Shown: positions 1 through 11,810 of the stretch, piece after piece | Layout: every line of letters begins with the position of its first letter | Position numbering within the stretch: the first letter of the stretch is position 1 | Source: Eledone cirrhosa | Lineage: Eukaryota | Reading direction: 5' to 3' | Assembly: GCA_964016885.1 (NCBI GenBank) | Contig: OZ024760.1 | Span: 20,646,001 to 20,710,000 of the forward strand | Length of the DNA: 64,000 nt | Notes under the pieces: model-generated | Databases searched by the model: none | Told to the model about the DNA's origin: nothing | Seen by the model: the letters and a program-made list of their open reading frames with translations, nothing else | Position numbers and translations under genes: made by a program

Positions 1-768
1 GGCATAAATTCTATAAAATGCACACAATGCAGATCCTGGGTACACAAGAGATGTAGCGGGATAGCAGGCAAACTAACAGCTAGGGAGAAATATGTATGCA
101 GTAGATGTACAGGGAAATTTGACAGTAGAAGGCACATTGATAAACACATTTTTCAAATGTAGGAGGGTGCTATAGAAGTGGTGGATAGCTTCCGGTACCA
201 AGGAGATCAGATTAGCATGGGAGGGGGTGTTCTGAGGCCATAGTATCTAGAATAAGACGAAGAAGGGTTTCTCCCTGCATACGAAAGGCCGGTTATATGA
301 TGCCTGTGTGAGGAGCGCGATGCTGCATGGTAGTGAGACATGGGCACCAACTGCAGAGGATATGCGACGGCTGGAGAGAAATGAGGCAAGCATGCTCCGT
401 TGGATGTGCAGTGTAAATGTGCGTGAACGACCCAGCATAAATGTGTTGAGAGAGAAACTGTGTCTGAGAGGGATAGAATGTAGTGTACGGGAGAGGAGAC
501 TGAGGTGGTATGGACATGTGATGCGCATGGAGGATGACCGATGGGTGAAGAAGTGCCAGGAAATGCCTGTTGAAGGAAGACGTGGTAGAGGTAGACCACG
601 AAAAACATGGGCGGAGGTGGTGAGAACAGACCTCAGATCGTTGAAGCTCGCGGTGGAGATGACGAAGGACCGTGACGAGTGGAGAGATGCTGCGCTGAAT
701 AAGACCCGTCCCACCCTTGCAAGCAGGGAAGAGCGGACGTAAAATGATGATGATGATGATGATGATAG
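1..768 (+). mobile_element. RTE-clade LINE, 3' end (family A), degenerate
   Basis: Translates to GINSIKCTQCRSWVHKRCSG (PHD-like finger) and, in ORF 308..742, AMLHGSETW...RRLRWYGHVMRM...GRPRKTW, the typical RTE C-terminus. Ends in TAAAA(TGA)n. Confidence 0.9.
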
Positions 769-780
769 ATATATATATAT

Positions 781-819
<39 letters not shown>

Positions 820-880
820 TAGCATTGTATATATACACACACTCGCACATACTATATACATATTGTGTATATATATATCA

Positions 881-1216
881 ATAATATTAATAAATGGAAA
901 CTATCTTTATAAAACCATATTTATAACAGAACTCAAAACGATAAGCTCTAGTTTTGGATATGTCACTATCTGTAAAACAACTTTTGTATTTTATCTGATG
1001 AGAGTGTACCAAAAAAAATTTTTGGACCCTTGGAATATATATAATAAAATAAATATGGTTTTATAAGATAGTTTCCATTTATTAAATTGTAGAGTGCTTC
1101 TAACCTGTTATAAACTAAATTTGTTGAATAATCAACAAATTAAATAACTCATTGCATATATATATATATATATATATATATGCAATGAGTTATTTAATTT
1201 GTTGATTATTCAACAC
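881..1216 (+). mobile_element. Short hammerhead-bearing Penelope-like non-autonomous element (family H2) with inverted partial copies
   Basis: ATTTTAT-CTGATGA-stem-GGAATATATATA-ATAAAAT at 988-1050; inverted copy of its 3' part at ~885-925; fold-back 1121-1215 around (TA)n; homologous to 1627-1897, 15936-16200 and 60408-60656. Confidence 0.7.
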
Positions 1217-1258
1217 TCGATGTATATAGTATATACATTGAGTGTGTGTATATATGAA

Positions 1259-1320
<62 letters not shown>

Positions 1321-1626
1321 TACAGTTATTGTACTTACATACACTCACACATACTATATACATTGTTTACATGTTTATATATATATATATATACATATGT
1401 ATACACACACACATACTATATACATTGTGTATATAAACACATTATCATTGTACATATACACACATTAACACTATATATTCAAACTCACACATGCAATATT
1501 ACTTTATATATATATACACTATCATTGAATACACACACATACACACACACATGCACACATACACACACACACACACACACATATATATGTATGTATATAT
1601 ATAAGTAGATATGTATATATATATAT

Positions 1627-1897
1627 ATGCAAAAGTTCTATTTAAAGTTGTTGGGATACAACAAGTAAATATTTTATAACTGATATAAAGCACTCGACAA
1701 ATTTTTGGAGTAGATATACGATATTAATAAATGGAAACTATATTTATAAAACCATATTTATTTCATTATACATATTTCAGGGATACCACATTAAATTATG
1801 GTATGCCTTCATCAGACAAAATACAATATATAACAGTTTTACAAATAGGTTTGACGTACCCTTTTAAAATACAACCATTACTTTTGGAGGCTGTCTG
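1627..1897 (-). mobile_element. Hammerhead-bearing short element (family H2)
   Basis: Near-identical reverse complement of 15936-16200; CTGATGA-AGGCATACCA...TGGTATCCCT-GAAATATGTA at 1760-1822; (TA)n on both sides. Confidence 0.75.
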
Positions 1898-2175
1898 GAT
1901 ATATATATATATATATATATCATCATCATCATCACCTTCGTTTAACGTCCATCTTCCACGCTGGCATGGGTTAGACGGGAGTTGTCCCACTTGAGGCAAA
2001 GTTGGTCGGGTGACCGTGTCTTGCTCATATGAGACTGTCTGGCAGGTGGGTGCCCTTCCTAACACCTAACACCATATATATATATATATGTAAAAGGTAA
2101 ACAGAAAAACACCATAATCGGTACAGTATATGGAAGGTATATATTAGGTTAATGCTTGATATAGCAGGAAGAGGG

Positions 2176-2212
2176 TCTTAACGTTTCGGACGCTAGTCCT
2201 TCATCAGAAGAA
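2176..2212 (-). ncRNA. Minimal type I hammerhead ribozyme motif (family H1, Penelope-like)
   Basis: Minus strand TCTT-CTGATGA-A-GGAC-TAGC-GTCC-GAAACGTT-AAGA: stem I TCTT/AAGA, stem II GGAC/GTCC, palindromic AACGTT stem III. Lies in a repeat (~2075-2260) also found at ~9005-9175. Confidence 0.8.
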
Positions 2213-2397
2213 AGAATGAGAAATAAAATAGATTGAGGGGACGGGCGAGATGGAACATGCACATACATATGTTAATGAGATAGAAATAAATTTGGGAGGC
2301 ACTTTATGTAGGATTCAGTGTAGAAGTATTTATTAAGGAACCACAATATGTATGGAATGATTCCATAGTGCCTTACACCATGTCTTGGACATTTTAA

Positions 2398-3646
2398 CCC
2401 TTGAACCATTTACATTACTCTATATATACTATTATATTTTCATGGTAAACACTTTATCTCACATAATATCTACATTACTCTATATTTACTATTATATTTT
2501 CATGGTAAAGGCTTTATCTCACATAATTATCTCACATAATATCTCACATATCATTTAAATTACTCTATATATATACTATTATATTTTCAAGGTAAAGGCT
2601 TTATCTCGCATAATATCTCACATAATATCTTACATATCATTTACATTACTCTATATATACTATTTTATTTTCATGGTAAAGGCTTTATCTCACACATTAT
2701 ATCACATAATATCTTACATAGCATTTACATTACTCTATATATACTATTTTATTTTCATGGTAAAGGCTTTATCTCACACATTATATCACATACTATCTTA
2801 CATAGCATTTACATTACTCTATATATACTATTTTATTTTCATGGTAAAGGCTTTATCTCACATAATATATCACATAGCATTTACATTACTCTATATATAC
2901 TATTTTATTTTCATGGTAAAGGCTTTATCTCACACATTATATCACATAATATCTTGCATATCATTTACATTACTCTATATATACTATTATATTTTCAAGG
3001 TAAAGGCTTTGTCTCACACATTATATCACATAATATCTTACATAGCATTTACATTACTCTATATATACTATTATATTTTCATGGTAAAGGCTTTATCTCA
3101 CACATTATATCACATAATATCTTACATAGCATTTACATTACTCTATATATACTAATTTATTTTCATGGTAAAGGCTTTATCTCACACATTATATCACATA
3201 ATATCTTGCATATCATTTACATTACTCTATATATACTATTATATTTTCAAGGTAAAGGCTTTGTCTCACACATTATATCACATAATATCTTACATAGCAT
3301 TTACATTACTCTATATATACTATTATATTTTCATGGTAAAGGCTTTATCTCACACATTATATCACATAATATCTTACATAGCATTTACATTACTCTATAT
3401 ATACTAATTTATTTTCATGGTAAAGGCTTTATCTCACACATTATATCACATAATATCTTACATAGCATTTACATTACTCTATATATACTATTATATTTTC
3501 ATGGAATATTGAATCTTTGAGATTTTGATATTATTTATTTTGAGAACAATACCTTAACATCAGTATGAGCGGCTGGTTTCAGCCAGTTTGAAGAGAAAGA
3601 GATGAGAGAATTCTGGCCGGATATGGCTGGTTTAAATGCCAAAGGG
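2398..3646 (+). mobile_element. TTAA-flanked piggyBac-like non-autonomous element carrying an 84-bp satellite array
   Basis: TTAA|CCCTT...AAGGG|TTAA ends; ~13 internal units of mostly 84 bp (2406-3503); related copies at 28993-30638 and 46996-47468. Confidence 0.65.
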
Positions 3647-3962
3647 TTAAACCTGATGAAAACCCATCACATCTCTCCTGATCTGGAACACAGCTGAATT
3701 CTTCCAGGGAAGAAGAGAGAGAAGAATTGAGGAAGAATTGAATCTCAGTACTTGACTGGTACATTTTCTTTCTATAGACCTTGAAAAGATGGAAGGCAAA
3801 GTTGACCTCAGAGGGATTTGGAATCAATACCACAGGGTATTCTACCCCACATTCTAACGACTCATCTGATGTTTAGAATACAGTAGTACAAATAAATAAA
3901 TAATAATGGATTCTGATTTAGGCACAAGGCCAACAATATTTGGGAAGAAAGGGAAGGAGGGG

Positions 3963-3996
3963 TCAACGTTTCGGACAGAAGTCCTTCATCAAAAAA
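3963..3996 (-). ncRNA. Degenerate hammerhead motif (family H1)
   Basis: Minus strand TTGATGA-A-GGAC-TTCT-GTCC-GAAACGTT; C3 substituted and stem I lost. Confidence 0.5.
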
Positions 3997-4730
3997 GTTT
4001 GGATAGAGAGAGAACAGGTAGATGTATGAGTAGTGTGTGAGGGCTAGGAAAGAAAGTTGGGAAAAGGGGTTGTGATATATGTATATATATATATTCATTT
4101 ATGTTTAGTGGTTCACCACTAGATAGAACTGGTCATTCCATTTGGTTAACCATGATGTAATAGTAGGAAAAGCACTCTACATTACGCAACACATCCAATG
4201 TTGATGTTGAATCCTGTGGTTGGTGAGGGAATGAAGTTAAATATTGGTTTGATTAAAACAACAGGAGGCCTCCTGTTGTTTTAATCAAAACTATATATAA
4301 ATATAAAAGATACATCCCAAAATGGCTGCCATTTAATAAAACAAGTATGTCTCCTCTGTAGGCACATCATCTGGAACTGTCACCCTAATTGGCTACCCTG
4401 GCTACTTTTACTAAGTAGTTTATTTGTCCATGTACTCCTAACAGATCCACCTACATGAACAGTAAGTACAAACCATGCAACAGCAACAGTAGCAACAACA
4501 ATAGTATTAAAAAAACATCTACATACACATATATATACTCATAAACACATACATGTATACATATATACACACACAATAATTTCATTATTATTATTATTAT
4601 TATTATATACATAAACACACACAAATATATACATATATACATACACACACACATATATATATATAAACACACACATATATATATACACATGTATATATTG
4701 TTTATACATAAACAACATATACACACACAG

Positions 4731-4767
<37 letters not shown>

Positions 4768-4790
4768 CATAAACACACACATATCTACAA

Positions 4791-4823
<33 letters not shown>

Positions 4824-4861
4824 CACATAAATAAACACACATATATATATACACATATATA

Positions 4862-5201
4862 TCATCATCATCATTTCATTTTACGTCCGCTTTTCCCTGC
4901 TTGCAAGGGTGGGACGGGAACTGATTCTGGCTTGATTTCTACAGCTGGATGCCCTTCCTAACACCAACCCCATTTACAGTGAGTGCTGGGTGCTTTTTTG
5001 CCGTGGCACCTCCACGACCACTTTGCAGTGGAATGATAGGGACCCCAGTCCCTATCATCTCATTTCTACAGCTGAGTAAACTGGAGCAATGTGAAATAAA
5101 GTGTCTTGCTCAAGGAAACAACACATCACCCGGTCTGAGAATTGAACTCACAACCTTTTGATTGCAAGGCCAATGCTCTAACCACTAAGCCATGTGCCTC
5201 C
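4862..5201 (-). mobile_element. tRNA-derived SINE (family S1) with RTE-type 3' tail
   Basis: A box TGGCTTAGTGG, B box GTTCAATTC, CCTTGAGCAAGACACTTT core; 3' end CCCACCCTTGCAAGCAGGGAAAAGCGGACGTAAAATGA shared with RTE family A. Confidence 0.9.
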
Positions 5202-5261
5202 ATATATATGTATATATACAGTTCTCGTAAAAAAAGATACAATCTGATGAAAAGATAGATC

Positions 5262-5302
<41 letters not shown>

Positions 5303-5911
5303 TCATCATCATCATCATCATCATTTTACGTCCCCTTTGGCATTGGTGCTCCCAACATTTGCTGAATTTTCCTTAGAACCTAACTAATAATTGTTCGTGG
5401 AAACCATCGCATATTTGTGGAATCGTAAATATCTTCCGCCATTTTCTTATGGCTTTTTTCATGGCAATATATATTTTTTGACACTAAATTATTAATAATA
5501 ATATACCGTACGAACTGGCCCCTTTGCATAAGATGCTCCTTTTTTTAAAATTATATTTTATGTTATATTTTGACATTTATAGGCATTTTTGTGGACCATG
5601 CCCAATATTCGTGGTTTTTCACTGTTCATAGGTACTCCAGGAATGTAACCCCACATGAATACTGGGGGACTACTGTGCATTGCCCCATGTACTGTACATG
5701 CACTTTTTTGATGAGTTGTGGTGCACCTGGGCACTGTACACAATATTTCATTATTGTTATTATTATTATATCATGACTCATGCACTGTTCATTTTCCTGA
5801 CATTTGTACATTATTCTATGTACTATACATGCACCTTTGATGAGTTGTAGTGCACCTGAGCACTGTACACAATAATTTCATTATTATTATTATTATTATA
5901 TATATATATAT

Positions 5912-6195
5912 GGAGGCACATGGCTTAGTGGTTAGAGCATTGGGCTTGCAATCGAAAGGTTGTGTGTTCAATTCTCAGACCGGGTGATGTGTTGTTTCCT
6001 TGAGCAAGACACTTTATTTCACATTGCTCCAGTTTACTCAGCTGTAGAAATGAGATGATAGGGACTGGGGTCCCTATCATTCCATTGCAAAGTGGTCGTG
6101 GAGGTGCCTATATCTCTCTCTCTATATATATATATGGCACATAGCTTAGTGGTTAGAGCATTGGGCTTGCAATCGAAAGGTTGTGAGTTCAATGG
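5912..6195 (+). mobile_element. Two 3'-truncated S1 SINE copies
   Basis: GGAGGCACATGGCTTAGTGGTTAGAGCA head at 5912 and a second head at ~6135. Confidence 0.85.
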
Positions 6196-6199
6196 TTCC

Positions 6200-6462
6200 C
6201 TTTCAATCTACTCTCTCACAACCATTATCTCTTTCTCTCTATCTTTCTCCCACTTTCTCTGTTTATGAAGGTACCCAGAAACCCCCATATCTCGGGAACC
6301 CGTGCTCCGATTTACGCGAAACTTGTGTTATTCCATTTGTATCCCATTTCAGGGTCAACTTCCTTTCAAAGTATTTTCCCATTATGTGCCCTTTTGGCTG
6401 TATTACATTACAGACAAGCAAGCAAGCAAGCAAGCAATCACAGACTTTTAGTATTATATAGA
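6200..6462 (-). mobile_element. Non-autonomous Helitron 5' portion
   Basis: Minus strand starts A|TCTATATAATACTAAAAGTCTG followed by (TTGC)n, same architecture as the Helitron 5' end at 25831. Confidence 0.5.
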
Positions 6463-6739
6463 TAAATGTATAAGTCTATTTACCTATCTTTCTATGTCTA
6501 TCTATTTATCTGTCTGTGTGTCCATATCTATCTATCTACCTATCTATCTACCCCTTCATCTCTCCATCCCACCCCTCCTCTAGCCAGAGGTCTCTATCTT
6601 TTCTCTCTCTCTCTCTCTCTCTCTCCTTCTCCCTACTCTCACTCAGTCTTTCCTGTCTCTCTCCATGTAATCAGGATTATTATTATTATTATTACTGTCC
6701 TTAATGTTTTCCTTTATGAAGACCCTTCTGTTTAATAAA

Positions 6740-6935
6740 GAAATCATAACCAAATACTTTGTGGTATAAAGTTACGACCCTTTACATTCTGAGTTCAAAT
6801 CCCGCCGAGGTTAGCTTTGCCTTTCATCCTTACAGGGTCAATAAAATAAAGTACCAGTAATGCACTGGGGTCAATTTAATAACTTCCCTCACTACACAAA
6901 TTGCTGGCCTTGTGCCTAAAGTAGAAATAATAAAC
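6740..6935 (+). mobile_element. tRNA-derived SINE family S2 (Meta-domain-like)
   Basis: GAGTTCAAATCCCGCCGAGG-TTAGCTTTGCCTTTCATCCTTACAGGGTCAATAAAATAAAGTACCAG; many other copies in the window. Confidence 0.8.
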
Positions 6936-6966
6936 TTTATTGGTGTTGTTGTTGTTGTTGTTTCAG

Positions 6967-8371
6967 GCTGCGTTCTGAATACATGGAAGATCTGCAAAGG
7001 AAAATCCAGGAGCTGGAAAAATGCTTCAACAAGGAACGGGAACAATGGCGGAAACTTGGTTGGCCCATACAACAAGAGCCGACAGACATTAACCCCGGGG
7101 AGCTGGCTCGGAATGTCATCAGCTCCCCACCGGCATTAGACAATGCTCCAAACCATGCTTCTGAGTTATTCGTTAACTCTAATTGTCAATCCTTCACCAC
7201 CAAAACACTCACCAATCCCACTGGTTCTTCCAACACGTCTGTTGGTGTTGCTGTTGTCATTTCTAATACTGGTAGTTGTACTAGTAGTAATATTAGTAGT
7301 AGTAGTGATGGTGGTGGTGGTGGTGGTAGTGGTGGAGGTGGTGGAAGTGGTGGGGCTGTTGGTAGCGGTGGTGATGGCAGTGGCTGTGGTGAGGCTGTTG
7401 GTGGTGGTGGTGGTGGTAGCGTTGGAATTACTTCCACAACTTGTTCCTTTTCATCTAGTGTTGATGTTGTTTCCCCACCCCGCTGTTTAAGCCCGTCCCC
7501 GGCAAAACCTGCCTCCACCTCCGACAAAGACGATAGTGGAAATGTCGTCGCTGTATCCTTTTTTTCTACCCCCCTGGCTCCTCCCCTCACTTTGCCGGAC
7601 TGGGAAGTGACCCTCGAATGTGTTCCCCACCACGCCGCCAACACAACTCGGGGCAGCGGAACAGAGAGAAGCAAAGATATCATTGACAACGATGATGACG
7701 ACAAAGTTGACAGCGACGATGACAAAGTTGACAGCGACGATGACAAAGTTGACAGTGTTGACAGTGATGACAGCGACAACGATGATGACAACGAGGACGG
7801 CAGTAAATGTGATGTCAATGACAGATATTTAGTGGTTGGGAAACGAAAGAGTGAGGCTGTGTTTGACGGCCACCAGTCAAATGGACCTAAATTGTGTGAA
7901 GACGACGGTGTGGACGGAAGTCCTGACATTTCGCCAAAAGATCATCAACATCAACATCAACATCAACATCAACAGCAACAACAACAACAACATCATGAAG
8001 GGCATATGGATGAACAACAGCAACAAAATCAACAACAACAACAACAACCTCAGCAACAGCATATTGAGCAACAGCAACAGCAACAACAACAACAACAACA
8101 ACAATTGCTACAACAACTTATAGAACAAAAACAACAACAGCAGCAGCTACAACATAGAGAACAACAGCTACAACCACCTCAACAACAACAACAACAGCAT
8201 CATATAGAGCAACAACCACAACAACAACAGCTACAACATAGACAACAACAACAACAACAACAACAACAGCAGGAACAAAACAATAAAGATAAGAAAGTCA
8301 TAATACAACTTTGTTGTGTGGAACAACTACATAATGTTGACGATATTCACCTCCAACGGATCTTTGACAAG
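6967..8371 (+). CDS. NINL: Ninein/ninein-like coiled-coil protein, large internal exon (poly-G, D-rich, poly-Q)
   Basis: Acceptor tttcag|G at 6966, donor AAG|gtaagt at 8371 (phase 0); open throughout (LRSEYMEDLQRKIQELEK...LQRIFDK). Splices in phase to downstream exons ending in a ninein-type C-terminus. Confidence 0.75.
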
Positions 8372-8436
8372 GTAAGTCTTTTAGTCTCTTACAGAATATA
8401 TGTGGTTGTTGTTGTAGGAATATACACACCATATAT

Positions 8437-8875
8437 GGAAGCACATGGCTTAGTGGTTAGAGCATTGGGCTTGCAATCAAAAGGTTGTGAGTTCAATTCT
8501 CAGACCGGGTGATGTGTTGTTTCCTTGAGCAAGACACTTTATTTCACATTGCTCCAGTTTACTCAGCTGTAGAAATGAGATGATAGGGACTGGGGTCCAT
8601 ATTATTCCACTGCAAAGTGGCCGTGGAGGTGCCACGGCAAAAAAAACACCCAGCCCACACTGTAAAGTGGACGTGTAGGCGCCACAGCAAAAAAGCACCC
8701 AGCCCACACTGTAAAGTGGACATGTAGGTGCCATGGAAAAAAAAGCACTCAGCACTCACTGTAAATGAGGTTGGTGTTAGGAAGGGCATCCAGCTGTAGA
8801 AATCAAGCCAGAATCAGTTCCCGTCCCACCCTTGCAAGCAGGGAAAAGCGGGCGTAAAATGATGATGATGATGAT
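8437..8875 (+). mobile_element. Full-length S1 SINE with internal ~50-bp duplications
   Basis: tRNA head, core, RTE-type tail and (ATG)n end; intronic. Confidence 0.9.
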
Positions 8876-9108
8876 ATATAATGGTCAGGAAACAGTCCAC
8901 AAAATGAGGGGTCTCCTTGAAGATTCAACAGACTCACAGCATTGGTGCACTTCTTTGGTGCACCAATAGGTAATTCTTTGTGTATTCTTTCTTCGTATTT
9001 ATAATTATATATATATATATATGTAAAAGGTAAACAGAAATAACAACTCAATCGATACAGTATATGGAAGGAATATATTAGGTTAACGCTTGAAATAGTA
9101 GGAAGAGG

Positions 9109-9146
9109 GTCTTAACGTTTCGGATGAGAGTCCGTCATCAGAAGAA
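9109..9146 (-). ncRNA. Minimal type I hammerhead motif (family H1)
   Basis: Minus strand TCTT-CTGATGA-C-GGA-CTCTCA-TCC-GAAACGTT-AAGA; flanks homologous to ~2075-2260. Confidence 0.75.
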
Positions 9147-9543
9147 AGATTGAAGAGACGGGCGGGTTGGAATTGGAAAAAATGTCTTTAGATAAAAATA
9201 ACAGGTCCATTCATATTGACATCTCTTGGAAAACTGTTGATGTTGGCGTTTTGTGTATGATTTATTTTTTAGAAAAGTGGTTGATGAGTGCATCTACCTG
9301 AAATGGAAAAAAAACGTTTTGTAAAAAGAGCTATACTTGTGCCTGTGTGTGTGTATAGTGATTGTTGTTAACTGTCAACCATGTTGTTAATTGTTTCTAC
9401 TTTTGGCACAAGGCCAGCAATTAACCAGTGCATTACTGGTACTTTATTTTATCGACCCTGTAAGAATGAAAGGCAAAGTTAACCTTGGTGGGATTTGAAC
9501 TCAGATAAAACACTACAGAAACTAGAATATCTTCTAATTTCAG

Positions 9544-9664
9544 GGGATGGACGTTAAACTGAAAGAGGCTTTCATCAAAGCTTTGACTAAACATAGAAAT
9601 GATGAGATACAAAAATCAAATAGAATGGAACAGGGAGAAGCAACTCTGGAATATAAAGACTTTG
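9544..9664 (+). CDS. NINL: Ninein-like gene exon (GMDVKLKEAFIKALTK...EYKDF)
   Basis: Acceptor aatttcag|GGG, donor TTTG|gtaagg; phase 0 in, phase 1 out. Confidence 0.75.
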
Positions 9665-9670
9665 GTAAGG

Positions 9671-10187
9671 TTTTGTGTTGTGTGTTGTGTTGTGTTTGTG
9701 TTGTCTTGTGTGTGTTGAGCATTGTGTTGTGTGTTGTGTTCTGTTGTGTGTTGTGTGTTGTGTTGTGTGTTGTCTTGTATGTGTTGTGTTGTGTGTTGTC
9801 TTGTATGTGTTGAGCATTGTGTTTGTGTTGTGTTGTGTTGTGTGTTGTGTGTTGTGTTGTGTTGTGTTGTGTTTGTGTTGTGTTGTGTGTTGTCTTGTGT
9901 GTGTTGAGCATTATGTTGTGTGTTGTGTTGTGTGTTGTGTTGTGTTGTGTGTTGTCTTGTGTGTGTTGAGCATTGTGTTGTGTGTTGTGTTGCATGTTGT
10001 GTTGTGTTGTGTTGTATTGTGTGTTGTGTTGTGTGTTGTGTTGCATGTTGTGTTGTGTTGTGTTGTATTGTGTGTTGCCTTGTCTTGCTGTGTTGTGTGT
10101 GTTGAGCATTTGTTGTATTGAGTTGTGAGCATTGTGTTGTGTGTTGTGTTGTGTTGTGTGTTGTGTATTGTGTTGTGTGTTGTGTTG
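9671..10187. repeat. (TGTGT/TGTTG)n compound microsatellite
   Basis: Direct inspection. Confidence 0.95.
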
Positions 10188-10272
10188 AACTGCTAGTCAG
10201 TTATAAAACTTTTAAGCTTGTTGAATCCCAACAAATTAAATATAACTTTTGCATATATATATATATATATAT

Positions 10273-10313
<41 letters not shown>

Positions 10314-10370
10314 TATATATATGTATATATATATATACCTATATATATATATTTAAAAATATTTCCGCAG

Positions 10371-10436
10371 GAATGAGACGAGCATCAGATGAACCAATAC
10401 CAAAGTTGTCCCCATTACAACGATGTCGAGAAAAAG
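10371..10436 (+). CDS. NINL: Ninein-like gene small exon (GMRRASDEPIPKLSPLQRCREK)
   Basis: Acceptor tttccgcag|GA, donor AAAG|gtacaa; phase 1 to phase 1, open frame; not in the ORF track. Confidence 0.65.
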
Positions 10437-10549
10437 GTACAAAACACACACATACTTTATACACACACGCATTCACACTTATACACATATACATACACAT
10501 AATACATATATATATATAGACACACTAGCAACCTTCAACCATTCTCATA

Positions 10550-11055
10550 ATCACCATAACCACCACCACCACCACCACTGTTGTCATCACCTCCACCAGC
10601 ACCACCACCACCACCACTACTGTCAATACCACCACTAATGCCATCACCAAGACCGCTACCCCAACCACCACCACCACCACCACCACCACCACCACCACTA
10701 CTGTCAACACCACCACTACTACCATCACCACCAACACCACCACTACTACCATCACCAAGACCACTACCACAACCACCACCACCACCACCACCACCACCAC
10801 CACCACCACCACCACCACCACTGTCAACACCACCACTAACACCATCACCAAGACCACTACTGCAACCACCACCACCACTACTGTCACCACCATCACCACC
10901 ACCATTATCACCACCACCACTAGAACCCCCACCACTCACAACAACAACCACAACCACAACCACAACCACCACCACCACCACCACCAACCACCACCATCAC
11001 AACAACAACAACAACAACAACCACAACCACAACCACAACAACAACCACCACCACA
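10550..11055. repeat. (CAC/CAA)n trinucleotide array
   Basis: Direct inspection; intronic. Confidence 0.95.
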
Positions 11056-11106
11056 AATTATTTTGTAAACTTATTTTTTTTTTTTTTTTTTTCTCAAACA
11101 TTTCAG

Positions 11107-11243
11107 TTCTGAAGATGGAGAATGACCGAAGGTTGTTGACTCTAAAATATGAAGATAAACTCCGTCAACAGGATCGGGAGATACAGAAGCTAAGAAAACA
11201 ATTTGTAGAAATGTCAGACACACCGAAAGATTATTCGGTTAAA
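11107..11243 (+). CDS. NINL: Ninein-like gene exon (VLKMENDRRLLTLKYEDKLRQQDREIQKLRKQF...SVK)
   Basis: Poly-T tract and tttcag| acceptor; donor AAA|gttagt; coiled-coil heptads. Confidence 0.8.
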
Positions 11244-11261
11244 GTTAGTAACAATAGCATA

Positions 11262-11633
11262 ACCCGTCCTTATTCTAGATACTATGGCCTTGGACCCCCC
11301 CCCCCCCCCTCCATGCTAATCTGATCACCTAGGTACCGGAAGCTATCAACCACCTCTATAGGTTCTACCTGCATTTGAAAAATGTGTCTATCACTGCGAT
11401 TACTACTGCCAACTTTCCCTGTACATCTACTGCATACATAGTTTTCCCTACCTGTTAGTTTGCTTGCTAGCACACTACATCTCTTGTGTACCCAAGATCT
11501 GCATTGCGTACATTTTATGGAATTTATGCCAGTTCCTTTCCTATATATCGAACAAACATGGCCATTTCCCTGATGGAATCAGAGTATTGTCCTCTCTTCT
11601 ACTTATCAACACTTTTGTCTTAGCTATGTTCAC
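11262..11633 (-). mobile_element. RTE LINE internal fragment (PHD-finger region)
   Basis: KTKVLISRREDNTLIPSGKWPC...YVCSRCTGK...VDSFRYLGDQ; near-identical to ~24295-24660. Confidence 0.85.
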
Positions 11634-11779
11634 AAATTCGGGTAATTGAAGCCTAATATTTCTGATAAATAAAAAAAATGAAAAACCGCACGCATTATGC
11701 CGTGTTATCCTCGCAAAGTGAATATTTAATAATATTTTTTCAAGAGGCGTTAAAGTGAATTCGTGTATTTTGGAACAGA

Positions 11780-11808
<29 letters not shown>

Positions 11809-11810
<2 letters not shown>

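Noticed and set aside
2673-3520. Repetitive hydrophobic ORFs (MVKALSHTLYH...)
   Set aside because: By-product of an 84-bp satellite whose length is a multiple of three; no splice or codon evidence.
5912-5985. tRNA gene candidates at SINE heads
   Set aside because: A and B boxes are present but there is no proper acceptor stem, and each continues into a SINE body.
7143-8123. Overlapping and antisense ORFs within the large ninein-like exon
   Set aside because: Shadow frames of trinucleotide-repeat coding sequence.
10525-11100. Poly-Pro formin/extensin-like ORF 10581..11324 and the similar 31126..32088
   Set aside because: (CAC)n arrays open in several frames; only 11107-11243 has splice signals and coiled-coil sequence.
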